A DNA stretch of 64,000 bases from NCBI RefSeq assembly GCF_030144855.1, contig NC_082731.1:20584001-20648000 (forward strand), written 5' to 3'. This document shows, piece by piece, positions 1 to 13,290 of this stretch. Each line of letters starts with the position of its first letter. The stretch's first letter is position 1. The translations under genes and the position numbers were made by a program. Under the pieces are notes generated by a model, which was not told the DNA's origin, ran no database searches, and was given only the letters and a program-made list of their open reading frames with translations. This stretch comes from Hypanus sabinus (Eukaryota).

Positions 1-345
1 TGGAACCACACAAGAATGAGGTTTTGCCTTTGCCTTTGATTATCTTCACAATGTTTTCTGCTCTGTTAACTGAGAATGTGAGCTCTGGCGATCAAACTTC
101 TGAGTAGTGAACCCAAGTAACCAGGATGGTTTACAGCGTAACAATCATTAGCAAGAGGGGAATGAAAGGCTATTTCTACATTCTAGGTATCATCTTCATT
201 CTCTGACGTCAACATCCAACGTTCGGTTGTCTGCACTTATCCCACAATTGGTCCACGTGATATTAATCGCTGCATTGTATCCAGGCACCTCGCAGAACAA
301 TAAAACAAGTGAACAACCTCTTTGATAATTTCCACATCGTATAAC

Positions 346-2030
346 TGTAATGGCTCCGGTTGACTGTTCCCCCTTAACGCTTCTTTCTACCTGATTATGC
401 CCTAATTTGCGTCATTAGATCTCCATTTGCTGCTAGTTTACTCAATTATAGTACAACTGGTTTCCGGCAGAGACTGGATATAAATACGATGGCGTCACTA
501 ACACAGGTTTCCAGTTTATTGGTCTATTCCCGTGTGATAACTTCGCCCCCAGACTGCTTAGAACCGTTTTTTTCATTTTCAGCTCCAGTTTCAAGATATT
601 CCATGAAAATCCCATCTCCACGTCTAGATTCCTCCCGTTTGCTGCTCCGCGTTCACCTCTGCGCCCGCATCCTCAGCTCAGTCTCCGTGTCTGTGTCCTG
701 CACTTGGGTTCTGCTCAGTTTCTCCATGCAACAGAACAAACGGTCCCAGCGTTCGGGCTCTGATCAGAAACTACATCCCTATGTCGCCTTCTCTCGCCGA
801 CTATCTCCCGCTGAACGAAAGTAAGACGTGGGGAACCGGGAGCTACTAGCGGTTAAACTGTCGTTGGAAGAATGGAGTCACTGGCTGGAGGGGGCGGAAC
901 CCGTTCACCGTCTGGACAGATCATCAGAACCTTGAACATATCCGGACCTCCAAACGCCTTAATTCCCACCAGGCTCGTTGGGTATTGTTCCTTGGCCGGT
1001 TCAGGTTCACCCTCACCTATCGGCTGGGGTCCAAGAACGGAAAGCCCGATGCTCTGTCCCGTCAATACGTTTCCGAGGAGGACATTCCCAACCCCGAGAC
1101 TATCCTTCCACCATCCTGTGTAGTGGCTGCCCTCACCTGGGAGGTCGAGTCCAGAGTAAAAGAGGATCAACGGACTCAACCTGACCCAGTCATCGGGCCT
1201 CCCAGTTGCCTTTGTACCGGATTCTTTTCGATCGCAGGTTCTCCACTGGGGGCACACTCCTCGTTTCGCCTGCCATCCCGGAATCGATCGGACCCCGACC
1301 CTCCTGAAGAAACGTATCTAGTGGCCCTCCATGGACGCTGACACCCGTTCCTATGTCTCTGCATACTCCGTCTGCGCCCGTGGAAAGGCCTCCCATCGGC
1401 AACCTGCGGGTTTATTCGTCCCCTACCTGTCCCTGATTGTCCCTGGTCCCACATTGATCTAGATTCCGTCACCGGTCTACCCCTTCACATTGAAACACTG
1501 CCATACTCACTGGTGGGCCGTTTCTCCAAGTCAGTACATTTTGTGACCCTCCCGAAACTGCCTTCCGTGCAGGAGACAGCAGACCTTCTCGTCAACCTTG
1601 TTTTCCGACTTCGCGCAATCCTTTTGGATATTATCTCCGACCGGTGAACTCAATTCATTTTGCAAGATTGGAGATCCTTTTGTCGAGCCCTGGTGTCTCA
1701 GTTAGCCTGTCATCCGGGTTTCACCCTCAGACGAACGGGAAAACGGAGCGGGTTAACCAATAGTTGGAGGCTGCGTTCCGTTGTATTACAACCACCAACC
1801 CATCTACCTGGAGCAACCATCGTGCATGGATAGAATACGCCCACAACTCTCTGGTCAGCACCGCTACCGGGAAATCTCCTTTTGAATGCTCTCTTGGGTA
1901 TCAACCCCCGCTGTTTCCCGACCAGGAAGAGGAGGCTACGGTGCCGTCAGTCCAGGCCCATATATACACGTGCCGAAAAGTCCTGGAAGACACACGCCCG
2001 GCCCTGCTTTGCTCCGCCAAACGTGATCGT
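346..2030 (+). mobile_element. Ty3/Gypsy (Sushi/Tf2-like) LTR retrotransposon: 5' LTR, internally deleted, 3'-truncated; RNase H and integrase remnants
   Basis: LTR TGTAA...GCAACA at 346-733 with TATAAATA near 479. It is followed by RNase H-like [30 protein letters not shown] and ...[13 protein letters not shown], then integrase core WSHIDLD...HPQTNGKTERVNQ...WIEYAHNS...SPFECSLGYQPPLFP, with stops and frameshifts. No 3' LTR seen. Confidence 0.9.
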
Positions 2031-2282
2031 CACTTAGAGGGATCATGAATGAGAAATTGACAGAATCTGTTAACACATAATTGCACTGATTGATTCCATA
2101 ACCCTACAACTTGAGTAAGTGACAAATGAGGTGCGAAAGTCACGCTTTCTAGGTCCACCTGAGTCTCTTCTGCCCCGGCGGTGAATCTATTCCCTTCTTT
2201 CAAGTAACAATTTCATAAAATTCTATTATTGATTGCAATGCGGACAGCATTTTTTCCCTGTGTTTGTCGATAATCCTAACAG

Positions 2283-2691
2283 CTGCTCTCCCTGGTGTGC
2301 CTCGGCCTAATCGGCTAGCACTTGTCCTAGGTGGTGAGTGCGATTCGGCGCCGCAGCCACACTCTGGGAGATCTGACAGATAAAAGTAGGGCAAACTCGG
2401 TGACTCAGGATCGGCGATCCTGATCGATGAAGGAGAGACAGCGTCACTGAGCTGTAGCTTCTCGGTAACTGGTAATGTTCTGGAAAATCTCTAAAAAGTA
2501 TTGTTGACACACTTCTGGAATGGACACGTGGTTCAGTCTGAAGACGTTCCGTGCAGGATTTCAGGTTCGCTGAACAAAACTGGCCATCAGTATCATTTAA
2601 ATATTTCCGAGACTCTTCCGGATTCCACCGTTTATCTTTGTGCCTTTCAGCCCGTAGTATTCCAAGGTGACGGCGGGTCTGGACAAAAACA
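2283..2691 (+). pseudogene. TCR alpha/delta-type V pseudogene (family with YLCAFQP end)
   Basis: Leader-like LLSLVCLGLIG with a GTGAGT donor near 2335. Exon reads NSVTQ...EGETASLSCSF...LNISETLPDSTVYLCAFQP with frameshifts and stops. RSS is CGTAGTA (2653-2659), 23 bp, ACAAAAACA (2683-2691); the heptamer CAC is lost. Confidence 0.85.
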
Positions 2692-3869
2692 AACACCCTG
2701 TGGTCTCGCTCCAGCGGACGCCCTAGGCCTCACCTGCAATATTCAATTAGGCCCATCCATAGGACCATGGTAAAAATGCACCCTCATTGGTCGAGGCCTA
2801 CTTAGGTCGTTAGTGCCGAGCAACAATTGATTCAACACCTTCACCAACCGCCGTATGCAATCACCGAGCAAAGACTTCCCTATTTCTTCTGTCTTCAGGG
2901 GCGTCACTTTTTTTATTGACCGTCGAGGAGCGGAAAACGGGCATGTATATTACGTTTAGATAGGGTTTTAAGAAAGGGGATAACGTTATAGAAGTTGAGG
3001 GGAAATGGCGGTGATGTGTGAGGGAGAGAGAGAGAGAACGTGAGAAACAGTGGGATAGAAAGTGATTGTGAGTAAATGCTCTGCAGCGCCTCAGAGAGCA
3101 ATGAAGAAGTGAGTGTGTGAGAAAGGTAGTGGTCGAGTGAGCAATCAGTTGAATGAGACAGAGGGCACGTGAGGCACGGCGGAAAGAGAGTGCAGGCAAG
3201 TGAAATTCAATGTAGGGCATGGACAGAACGTGAAAAATGAAAAGGGAGGGTAGCGAATAGAGAACAAAAGAAAGCGAACGAAACAGCTGTGGAGAGGGTT
3301 GAGAGCGTGCAAGTAAGTCACTAACGGTAGAGGAAGAAATAAAATGGGAACCAAAAATAAGATGAAGGCAAGGAACGAGGTGGAGAGAAAGAAAGTGAGG
3401 AAAGCAAAGAGGAAAAGCAGGAAGGAATGAACGACAAAAAGAAGAAAATGAGAAAAGGAAGGGAAACGATGAGGAGGTTAGTGGCATGAGAAAATAAGGA
3501 AGATAATTCTCTTGCAAACAGGAAGGTACAATTAGAGTGAGGGACGTGGTGATTGAAGAGAGAGTCTGTGAATAACTGCCGGCGAGACAGGGGCGATGGT
3601 GTGATTGAGGGCGTGTGAGCCAGAGAGGTAGAAGAAAAGGGAGAGGAAGACAGCCTGGGAAGGTGCAAATGGGATTTCAAATAGATGAAAGTAGAAGGAA
3701 CACCATGAGGTGGACGATCGAGTGAAATAGTTTATAGTTTAAAAGACAAGTAGCAAACAGACAGATCAAATGAAGCAGTTCTAATTCCTATTGGTCACCG
3801 GATTTATTATTCCCAGCAATAAATCGATTGAGAGGGTAAATCCACCAGCTGACAGATATAACGGGACTG

Positions 3870-4295
3870 ATGTTCATTTGCAATATCGATCCACGTTATG
3901 ACCCTTTTGGAAGTGAGTTGCTTTTTGTTCGAGTGGGAAGTCATGCTCTGTGTGTTTCCTCCGTTCTTTGATAATTATGTTTGTTGTCCTTCCTTTTTAT
4001 TGCAGGAACGAGTGGGAAAGATACAGTGACCCAGCAGTCTCCTGAACTAACGGTTGAGGAAGGACAGATTGTAAGACTGAACTCAAATTATAATGGCGTG
4101 GTTGCATTTATTGCTATATTTCTCTTCATAAGGAAACTCCAAAATACATGCTGCCGTTATATACCTCCGGAAAGATGTAGTGGCTACCAGGATCACCAGT
4201 GCGGTTTACCGCTGTTTTAGAGAGAGGCAGCAAGTGACACATTTTAGTATCTCTGGAGTTCTGGAGTCGGAGTGCGCCGTGTACGTCGTGGCCTG
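3870..4295 (+). pseudogene. TCR alpha/delta-type V pseudogene with RSS deleted
   Basis: GTGAGT donor at 3913, TTGCAG acceptor at 4005, exon GTSGKDTVTQQSPELTVEEGQIVRLNSNY (first Cys to Ser), frameshifts. The 3' end joins directly to the post-RSS flank (GTGTAATGCAGT) seen after the V at 9018. Confidence 0.88.
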
Positions 4296-5689
4296 GTGTA
4301 ATGCAGTCAACTACCGGTAGATGGCAGCATGTGGTAGAAAACAGGAAGTGTCGCTCCCACCTATTTGCGAGGGTTACAAAATAAACCGGTCTGTATTACA
4401 AGTTGTTTGGACAACAAGTGCCCAGTGATACCATTAACATATCTCTGGTGGTTTTGTGCTGGATTCCGCTGTTTGTCTTTGCATTAGCACCTCTCCCTAA
4501 TGCAGAGCGACGACGGATCCGGATCAAGAAGATCTTACGTGCAATAGGCACTCGGTTTTGAAGGCACCCTCACCCCACCATTCCCTGCTCAACATCGAAC
4601 AACGTCCCTTCCTCAGAGACCAGCAGACAGCACAACATCCCAGCGCAGAATCTACCAGAGTGTGCGGGAGTTAGGTGACAAGAGTTACACCACATCCAGC
4701 AACCCCAGTTGCAGTTTCGGATGAGAAGTGGCTATATACCTATGCGTGCATATAGCTTGGGCAATGAGGAGCAACTACTGGGAATCTGTGCCAAAGACGG
4801 AAGAGGTAGATAGAGAAAAATATAGTGACAAATCTTAGCGCAGTGAGGAATCATGTAGTTATTTTATACAGTTGTCCATGAGCCTGCCAAAACGTGGAGA
4901 GAGCCAGGTATGAATCTGAAAATGCCTGGAGAGAGCCAGGCGTGACGCTGGGAACTCAGATCATAGGAATTTTCCTTTTTATCTGCCATTCTTTAATACC
5001 GGCAACATTTTTTCCCACTCGCCTCCTACTGTATCCTGGTATTATTTTTAAATATCAATATCAATGTAATTTTAATGGTCTCAAGAACTCCAAAACAGTG
5101 TGCAAGGGAACAATACCAGTCACTCTCCACTTCTGGAATTTCAGTCTTTTTTTAGCGTTATCTAGGGAGCATTGCGCTGGCGTGTGGATTAAACATAATG
5201 ATACAGAGATTGGAGGGCGGAGAAGGTGACAGAGCAAGTGAGAGAAAAGGGAAGAGCAAGAGAGAGAGAGTGTCGGGAGAGGGAGTAGAAAAACAAAATG
5301 ACTGAGAGGGGAAGACAGAGAAAGTGATAACAAGATAAAAACTGCAAAACGAGGGTTGAGATGGGAGAACGACAAGGATGGAGACATTCAGCATGTGGGC
5401 TGGGGGAGTCAGACGGCGAATAATAGAGTGGAGAAAATGGGAAAGCAATGGAGAACAAAGAAAAGGGAAATGGAAAAAGAGGGATATCGATAATACGGAG
5501 AAGAGATAGGAAACAAGCGATGAGGAGTGATTATGGGAGACGAAGAACGGAAAGAAACATGACGAGGCAAGGATTCAGACAGCAAAAAGAAGACACGCGG
5601 GAAGACCCAGGAGCGAAGAAGTGTGTGGCTCTGCTAAAACCTGCTCACTTTGAAAGGCAGCATAAAAACATAAGAGATAGCAGTAGAAA

Positions 5690-6720
5690 TAGGCCATTTG
5701 GCACATCGAGTCTGTCAATCATAGCTGATCCATTGTTCTTTCCTCAGCACCACACGCCGGCCTTCCTCTTGTAACCTTTGATGCCATGTTCGATGAAGAA
5801 CCTATACTAATACTACCTGACCATTCACCAGTCTACGTACTATCTGCAAAGCAAGCAACAAAGCCATCGTTTCCGTCATCTAAATCATTGATATACAGCA
5901 GAAAAGTAAGCGATCCCAACACAAACCGCTGCAGAACACAACTAGTCACCGGCAACCAACCAAAAAAGTATTATTTTATAACCACTGTCTGCCACCTAAC
6001 AATCAGCCAATGCTTTCACCATGCCGGTTATATCATGGGCTCATACCTTCTACTTAAGGAAACGTTGCTAACTTTGTCCTTCCTTGTCCTTTGTTACCAA
6101 GTACTCTACAATCTCATCTTTAACAATTGACTCCTTCATTCCCAGTCACTGAGGTCAGACTAATTGGTCTATAATTTACTTTCTATTACCTTTCTCTTTT
6201 TTCAAAGAGTGAAGTGGCATTTCCAAATTTTCAGTCATCTGGAACCATGCCACAGTTCAATGATTATTGAAAGATAATTAATAATGCCTACACAAACTCT
6301 ACCGCTACCCCTCTCCGAACCCGAGTTTGCAGTTCATCTGTTCCGGGTGAATTATGTCCTCTTAGGTCTTCCAGCTTGGTTAGCCTTGTAAGAGTAAATG
6401 CAAGCACGTCCCTTCCCTGGCACACTTCAAAAGCTGACACGCCTTCTGTCTGGCTCTCCAAGTTTTCTTTTCTGCATCTCTTTGCTTTTTCTTCTTGTGA
6501 GATTTTCATAAAGTGCCATTGTTGATTTTAATACGATTTTATTTAAATGTTTCGAGATTTTTGATCCTGATTCCGCCACGTATTTTTTGTCATTCCGTCC
6601 AAAGTTTATCAGGGCGACTGCAGATCTTTTCAAAAAGCTCACCGTTACTGAAATGAGAGCTCGTTTAGGAGATGCCCTTAGCTCCTCCCTCTGCAAAGGG
6701 ACCCAACTATTTTAGCAGGC
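5690..6720 (-). mobile_element. CR1 LINE fragment (RT region and 3' end), decayed
   Basis: Reverse complement gives NYRPISLTSV (around 6140-6175) and GSLTFLLYINDLDD...FADST-like RT motifs (around 5840-5920). Confidence 0.8.
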
Positions 6721-6739
6721 CCCTGTGCCTTACACAGGG

Positions 6740-7555
6740 AACACATTTTCCGTGATGATTTTTCATTCGTCCTCCCCAATAAATTCATCCAGGCACTTGT
6801 GCCTGCAAGCGGTTTGATAGCTATACCCGGTGCACTAGCGTTGAGAGCCACAAACTGTTCTTCCAGGTGAAACACGCATCACCTGCAAATCTGCTTGGTT
6901 CTCTGTTGTCTTCCGTAATCCCGATTGGGGCTCCTCGAGATTGGTGAGTCCCGTTACAAACTAGAGACCGCTTCGTCCAGCCTTCCACATTATCCGCAAC
7001 AAGTGGGACTGCCTTGTGGTCAAGTACTTTCATTTCAAAATTCTCATTTTCATTTTCACATGTCGATCCATGGCCTGTTTTTGTGCCAGGATGTGGTCAC
7101 ACTCAGCGAGGAGGAGCAACGTCTTACCTTCCTACCGGGTGCCAAGAAAACTCATAGTAGGACTACTTCCTCCGAGTGAACCAATAACCACCGACTATCA
7201 ATTATTCTATTACCCACTCTGACCTTTTACTCCTCAACTGCCTATCGCTTCCCCTTCTGCATCCGTATCCTTCCAACTCTCCTACTGTCCTCTCTCTTCT
7301 TTTATCAGATACTTTCTTCTCCATTCCTTGGCCTTTCTAAGCATGGTTTCACATAACACCTTTCAGTCAGCCTCTTTCCACTCTCTCCACCTTTTATCTT
7401 AGGCATCATTATCCTTCCTTCTCAGTCCTGAAGAAGGAGCGCGTACGGAATCATCGACGGCTTACATTTTTTCATAGATGCTGCCTGGCATGCCGCTTTC
7501 CTCCAGAGTGATATGCGTTGCTTTGGACTTGTCGCATCTGCAGGTTTTTCATCCA
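6740..7555 (+). mobile_element. Penelope-like element 3' part (GIY-YIG endonuclease region and tail), decayed
   Basis: Similar to the 54860-55520 part of the Penelope element in this window (CAGGTGA...TCACCTG, ATTGGTGAG, tail CAGTCCTGAAGAAGG...AGATGCTGCCTG). Confidence 0.75.
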
Positions 7556-8000
7556 AACCTGGTCCGTCCTCGAGACTCGCATGACAAAATGGAGAAAAAA
7601 GGCTGAAGTGTAGAGGACAAGAGATGGATACAAAAAGCACATTTTCCACTCCAGCCCCCACGAACATGTTTTCTTTATTGTCTATCTCTTGTGGCGTGTC
7701 CCCCGTTTGCCGGACGGTAGAAGTACGTGAGGTGTCAAATGCGGTTTGTGACTGGCCACAGGAGAGAATTAATTCCATGGGAAAGATTCGAAGACTGATA
7801 TGGTGAGGAAATTGCGGGGAGACAGTGGGTGGTTAGGAACGATGGAATGAAGAAGTGGATAGAGGTAAGAGCAATGAAGTGAGAGAACGAGAGAGAGATG
7901 GTAATCAATTGAGCTGTAAGCAGAGATAGGGACAGGGGAGGAGCGAAAACATAGCAAGGGAGAACAGTCGAAGAAGAATGTAACAGAGAGATTGAGTCCA

Positions 8001-8255
8001 GGCACTGTAGTATAGTAGTGGCGCGGCGCTATTTACAGCTCCGGGCGTGGGAATTTGGTGTTCCATTCTGCGCAGCAGTAAACGGTCTGGCGGTCCACCC
8101 TTCGAAATACGCGTGTTTTCTCCAGGTTCTCCAGTTTTCGCTTACAGTCCAAAATGTACAGATAAGCAGGTTAATAAGCTATTATAAATTCAATGTGGTT
8201 AGGTCAAGGTCTGGGAGAGCTAGAGTGAAGGGCCTATTTCACGATCTACCACTAA
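8001..8255 (+). mobile_element. tRNA-derived V-SINE (HE1-like), decayed
   Basis: GGCAC.GTAG head; central TTTTCTCCAGGTTCTCCAGTTTTCGCTTACAGTCCAAAATGTAC...GGTTAAT...TAAATT resembles the V-SINE core. Confidence 0.65.
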
Positions 8256-8532
8256 CTAAATTAAATCTTCAGAGAGTGGGATAGATGAAACGTGAGATAG
8301 AGCTAGATGGAGGGAGCGAGAGAAAGAGAAAGGGTGAGAGAGCAAGAGGGAAGGAAAGTCATAGTCAGAGAAAAAGTGCGTAAGAAAACAATTGAGTAGG
8401 AAGGAAAGAAAGAGGGAAAGTAAGTGTAGGGAACGAGCGAGATAGAGGGAAGCAACGCAGGTGAAACTGAAGGAAGGATCGATGGAAGACAACAGTGTCA
8501 CAGGAGGGAATGAACAATTTAAGGACTTGGAT

Positions 8533-8680
8533 NNNNNNNNNNNNNNNNNNNNNNNNNNNNNNNNNNNNNNNNNNNNNNNNNNNNNNNNNNNNNNNNNNNN
8601 NNNNNNNNNNNNNNNNNNNNNNNNNNNNNNNNNNNNNNNNNNNNNNNNNNNNNNNNNNNNNNNNNNNNNNNNNNNNNNNN
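8533..8680. other. Assembly gap, one of nine (others: 13506-13739, 13967-14145, 22296-22575, 29150-29358, 38290-38550, 44619-44774, 45169-45368, 49629-49774)
   Basis: Runs of N; several abut purine-rich tracts. Confidence 1.
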
Positions 8681-9017
8681 AAGGAGGAAGAAATTGGAAA
8701 GAATGTGGTAAGTAGTGAGTGAGATTGTAAATGAGTGAAGGTAGGAGAAACTGCGGTACAAATACGAGACAGAAATGGTTATAAAGGCATGCGAAAACAA
8801 CGAAAGGATTAAAATAAGCCTATCTCTGATTAGTGGATCAGTTCGGTGCTCACAGCCAATCAATCCATTGGCGGGTCAGCGCCCCCAGACTGACGCTAAC
8901 TGAAATATGCAGATATTGACGAGTAAAGTCTCATTTTACTCTTCAATATCGGTCAAGGATGTTAACTTATTAGACTGCAAGTAAACTGACTTTCAATCGA
9001 GTTTGAAACGAGTCACA

Positions 9018-9450
9018 ATGAATTTTCTGTGTTCTTTGCTGCTTATATTGACAATGACGCCTGGTGAGACTCCGCGGTAACGACCTGTATCTATTCCTGA
9101 TGTCCGGAGAAAACTCGATCTGTTCATGCATTCTGTCCTTTTATTGCAGGAACAATTGGGAAAGATTCCCTGACGCAATGGCCAACTGAATTAACGATTG
9201 TCGAAGAACAAAGCGTAATAATGAACTGTAATTACACTGCCAATCCTGTCAAAATTTGTTGGCACGTTCAGCATCACGTGGAATCTCCAAAATATTTGAT
9301 AGAGGTACATAGCAGCGGAGAAGTGGAACGGCATTCAGAATGTCCAGCAAGGTTTACCGCTGGGTGGCAGAGAGCCAATAAAATGGCTCATCTGAAGATT
9401 TCTGGAGCTCTTGTGTCAGACTCCGCCGTGTATCTTTGTGCCATGATGCC
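9018..9450 (+). CDS. TRAV/TRDV: Apparently functional TCR alpha/delta V gene segment (leader 9018-9063, intron 9064-9149, V exon 9150-9450)
   Basis: Spliced ORF MNFLCSLLLILTMTPG-TIGKDSLTQWPTELTIVEEQSVIMNCNYTANPVKICWHVQHHVESPKYLIEVHSSGEVERHSECPARFTAGWQRANKMAHLKISGALVSDSAVYLCAMM. GT/AG sites intact; Cys23, Trp41 and DxAxYxC present; 23-RSS follows. Confidence 0.9.
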
Positions 9451-9489
9451 CACATTGTTGTCAGGCGATGACGGCTGCGCACAAAATGG
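9451..9489 (+). other. 23-bp-spacer RSS
   Basis: CACATTG, 23 bp, ACAAAATGG. Confidence 0.9.
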
Positions 9490-9979
9490 GACCGTGTAAT
9501 GCAGTGAGCACCCGCTAGTGGGAGCCCATTGCCGGAAAACTGCCAGGGACTTTAACACAAATTCTCCACGGTCACGTGATCGACTTAAGACTGCGAAACA
9601 TATTCGCAAACCAAATGTAGGTTTAAAGAACTGTCGGTCAACAGAATGTGCACCGGTTTACTGATATTGAAGCGTTACTATACATTTCCCACACATTAAA
9701 GTCTATTTTCCCCGTTTATCTACAAATCCATATCTCCCTGATATTTTTGCTGGATATCGTCTTTGTCAACTTGGCAGAGATTTTTGCAGATCTTAAAGTG
9801 AAGATTAAGCAGGAACTTGCAAATTCAGAAACTGTACAAGTCAGGACAGCAATGGATCCGATATCACATCAAAATGCAACTGATCAAAATAAAGATTCAG
9901 CTTGACTCTGCGAACCAGGAAAGTAAAGCAAAAAATGGGGATAAATGGGCATTTGGTATACATGGTATGATTTTATCTG

Positions 9980-10577
9980 GAAATCTCCAAGATGACCTTC
10001 TTCGTTGTTGCTGCTGCTGTGACCTCCGGGTCTCTGCTGGGAAGAAAAGGCCCCCAGTCCTCGGGATCGCGTTGCCGATGGCCGTTGGGGGTGGGGTGGG
10101 GCTTCTTAATACGCTCGGCAGAGGATGGTGCTCGGAGAAGCTGTGCCGGAGGGGATGGTCGGAGGCTCGGAGGGTCGACAGACTCGGAGTCCGCTGCGGT
10201 CAAGTCACTTTCATTTTGTACTGAGTCTGAGAGGCTGTGCTGGGCGGCGTAGTGGAAGTCCATAACGGGGGTATTTGCTTCTGCCGCCGCCGTGGGATGA
10301 CGAGTCAAATTGGAACCCTGAGGATTTGTGGAATCTGTGTGGTGAATTCTTTCGAATTTATAGTCATTTAACATCTTTGGACTATTTTCACAGTGTCCAT
10401 GGTCAGCAGCCTCTCCGGACTCTGGATTGGGGATTGCCAAACATTATGTGGATTTTCCGGTGTAGTCTGTTTTGTCGTATGCTTTTGTGATATAATTCTG
10501 GAAGAAAGTTGTCTCATTTTTAACTGCATTGCTTTTGTAGTTTCCAAATGGCAATAATCTGAATATGAATCTGAATG
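9980..10577 (+). mobile_element. Unclassified non-LTR retroposon 3' portion with (TGAATC)-type tail
   Basis: GC-rich body ending AATAATCTGAATATGAATCTGAAT. No recognisable protein motif; family not identified. Confidence 0.45.
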
Positions 10578-12079
10578 ACTAGCAGTAATGCGCTACCTTA
10601 AAGGATGTCACGACATTTGCTTATAATTTAAGTTGATATCTTCATAAAGGGACAACGTGTTGCGTGACATAATTTGCGGTTGTTGTTATGGTAGTCCTTT
10701 TCTCACGCTGTACAGAAGGGCAGTGAGAGGGAGAGGGAAACGAAAAAGGTAGAATACACTGTAGCAGCTACAGAGAAAGTGCACTGCAGGTAGATGGAAA
10801 AGGGCAAAGTCACAACAAGGATAATGTACAATAGAGAAAATCATTGCACAATAATATACCGGCATTGTAGGTGCTACCCTTTATCCTGATGATACAGGGC
10901 TTTCAGACGTCTCTATCTTCCTTGCGATGCGTGGAACAGAAGATAACATATTAAAAGTGGATGAAGTGTTTGCTTTTGCTGTAGAGAAAATATGGATATA
11001 ATCATTGTTTGAAATCCTTGATTTTGACATCATTGAATTCTACCTATTACTCTGGTATTTCTTGCAGATTGAGGCAAGAAAATGCTTCCATATAGAGAGC
11101 GTTGCATTGTGCATCAGAAGAAATCGGGATGAGTTGTCGGGGACATGCGTCAAAATGATTTCAAAGATGTGGATCTGATGTTTGTATTCTAAAGGCAGTT
11201 GAGAGTATCAGAGTAAAACAATGAGAGGATCAAAATGTTTCCTAAGAAGCCGCCAGCTGAGCTGCACAGTTTCTAAGGTCATGGCCTAGGTCACCATCCC
11301 GTCCAAATGATTTGCGTTGCTTCACTCTCCTGGTGACGAATATTACATTCACAACCGTTCTGCGGTTTCAGTCGCATTGAGGTTGTCAAGTGGGTGTTGA
11401 CCCTGTCATTTCCTCTTGTTCAAAACATCTCCGTAACTCGTTCAGGAAATCGGAAAAAATAGTGCGCTGTTGCACTTCTTTCAGTAACAAATTGCTTTTG
11501 TCTGTATATTTGTTTAAGGGAAACCTCATTACTAGATTTTCTCATCCTGGTTCGCCTCTGGGCATCAGAACAAGTATCTAGTGTTTAAAAGCAGCTCTGC
11601 GGACGAAGAGTTCGTGTGCTTTTATAACTTAAAAATAAAATACAGATGAGAAGCCTAAAAAACTACTTCTTTCCATATTTATTTTCAGATCAGCTGGGTA
11701 GTTGGGAACTGTACTTCCATATTTCCTCCTCCAGGTGTCCGCAATTTTAAATTAAATTTGACCCTTGGTTTATTAATTTGTGTGAAAAATACACTTCACC
11801 GATCCTGGTAAGTAGAAAATGAAATCACCCAAATTGAACTGAGTGTTCGAACCCACGTGCGCAGAACAACGGGTGTTAACAACCTACTGTCGGAACTTTG
11901 AGCTGCGGTCTATCAGTAAACGGCATCCACCCCAAAGGGCGAATAGAAATAAGGCATTTGTTGAAGCGAGAAGACCTAGACTTAGGTGAGATAAGTGTCT
12001 GATATATTTCTGCTTCTTTTTCTTTTTCCTCTTCTTGTTATCTTTCATTCTTCATTCCTCCTCTGCCGGTACACAGAGC

Positions 12080-13290
12080 AGCGATAATGGTTATAGGGGC
12101 TGTACCGTATTCTTTGTGAGAGACGTAGGGATTCAGAGAGATCTCCGGCTTTTCGTATAGTCATATCTGCACCAGGTGTACCGAAGTTCAGCTCCTCAGA
12201 AACATGCGAAAGAACTGGTACTGCATGTCCAGAAACTTCTGTTCATATAGGAGATCGAGCAGGTGATATATAGGAACTCCAGGAATGTAGTTACCCCGTG
12301 GATGCAGGAGGTAGAGAACTGGGTGACTTTCAGAAGAAGATAGGGTCGTGTACTCCTGTGGTCTTTCCACTCCATAATAGTTATGCTGGTTTGGATACTG
12401 TTAGTGGGGACAAGCTACCGGGAGCGAGAGAGCGACCAGGCCTCTGGCAGTCAGTTCGGCGCTGAGGTTCAGAAGAGAAGAGAAGTAAGCTCGACTGCAG
12501 TAGTGATAGGAAATTCCATAGTCAGAGCAACAGAGACGAGATTCTATGGACGGGATGAGACTCATGGATAAAAAGTTATCTTCCAAGTTTCAGGTAGAGT
12601 TGTTTCGGATTGTTTCCACGCAATTCTCAAAGGGCAAGATTAACAGCAGAAGTCTTGAGACGTTTTGTCATCAATGACACAGGTAGGAAATGCGAGGAGG
12701 TGCTGAAGAAAGTGTTTAGGGAGTATGGTAGAAAGCTGAAAATTAGGACGTTCTGGATAGTCATCACTGGATTGGTGTCTCTGCAACTATTCACAAAGCG
12801 TAAGAATAGGAGCATTTGGCAGATAAATACATGGCTGAGGAAGACTGCAGAGGGCAGTGGGTTCAGATCTCTGCTTTATTTGGATCATTTCTGTGAAATG
12901 TACGGCTTGTAGAAAATAGACGGATTTAATCTAATCATGAGAGGGCTAATATCCTTTCGGTAGTTTTTCTAGAGCGGTTATGTATGTTTCAAAAAAAACG
13001 GCAGAGAAATGGGATCCAGAACGATGGGACTGACGATGTGATAGTTGGATTACAGAGGCAGTGTGTAATGAAGGCAACGTTAGCATTCATTTCATGAGGT
13101 CAGGAAATGAAAAACAAGAATATAATGTTGAGTCTGTAAAGGACGCTGCCAATGCTTCACCTGGAGGATTGTGAGCAGATTGGAAAGCATATCTTTCAGA
13201 TGATACACACAATGTAAGACTTTCAAAGGGTTTTCACGGAAATGATTCCAGGATTGAATGGCTTATCATAGAGGAGGCTGTGTTAGCTCT
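12080..13290 (+). mobile_element. CR1 LINE 5' region (ORF1 SGNH-esterase-like) plus a short RT remnant
   Basis: AVVIGNSIVRATETRFYGRD...VINDTGRK matches the CR1 ORF1 esterase motif (VIGDSIVR...GTNDIGRK); a CR1 3'-like piece lies at 13130-13290. Confidence 0.75.

Noticed and set aside
2861-3680. Long minus-strand ORFs rich in S/L/F (also 5061-5458, 30824-31412, 62830-63141)
   Set aside because: Translations of purine-rich low-complexity tracts and GA microsatellites, not genes.
9817-10440. Overlapping 135- and 155-aa ORFs in a GC-rich stretch
   Set aside because: They lie in a retroposon-like 3' region with no recognisable domain; GC richness explains the lack of stops.
10950-11600. WYFLQ and IVRCC peptides suggesting V remnants
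   Set aside because: Isolated short matches with wrong spacing and no RSS; indistinguishable from chance.
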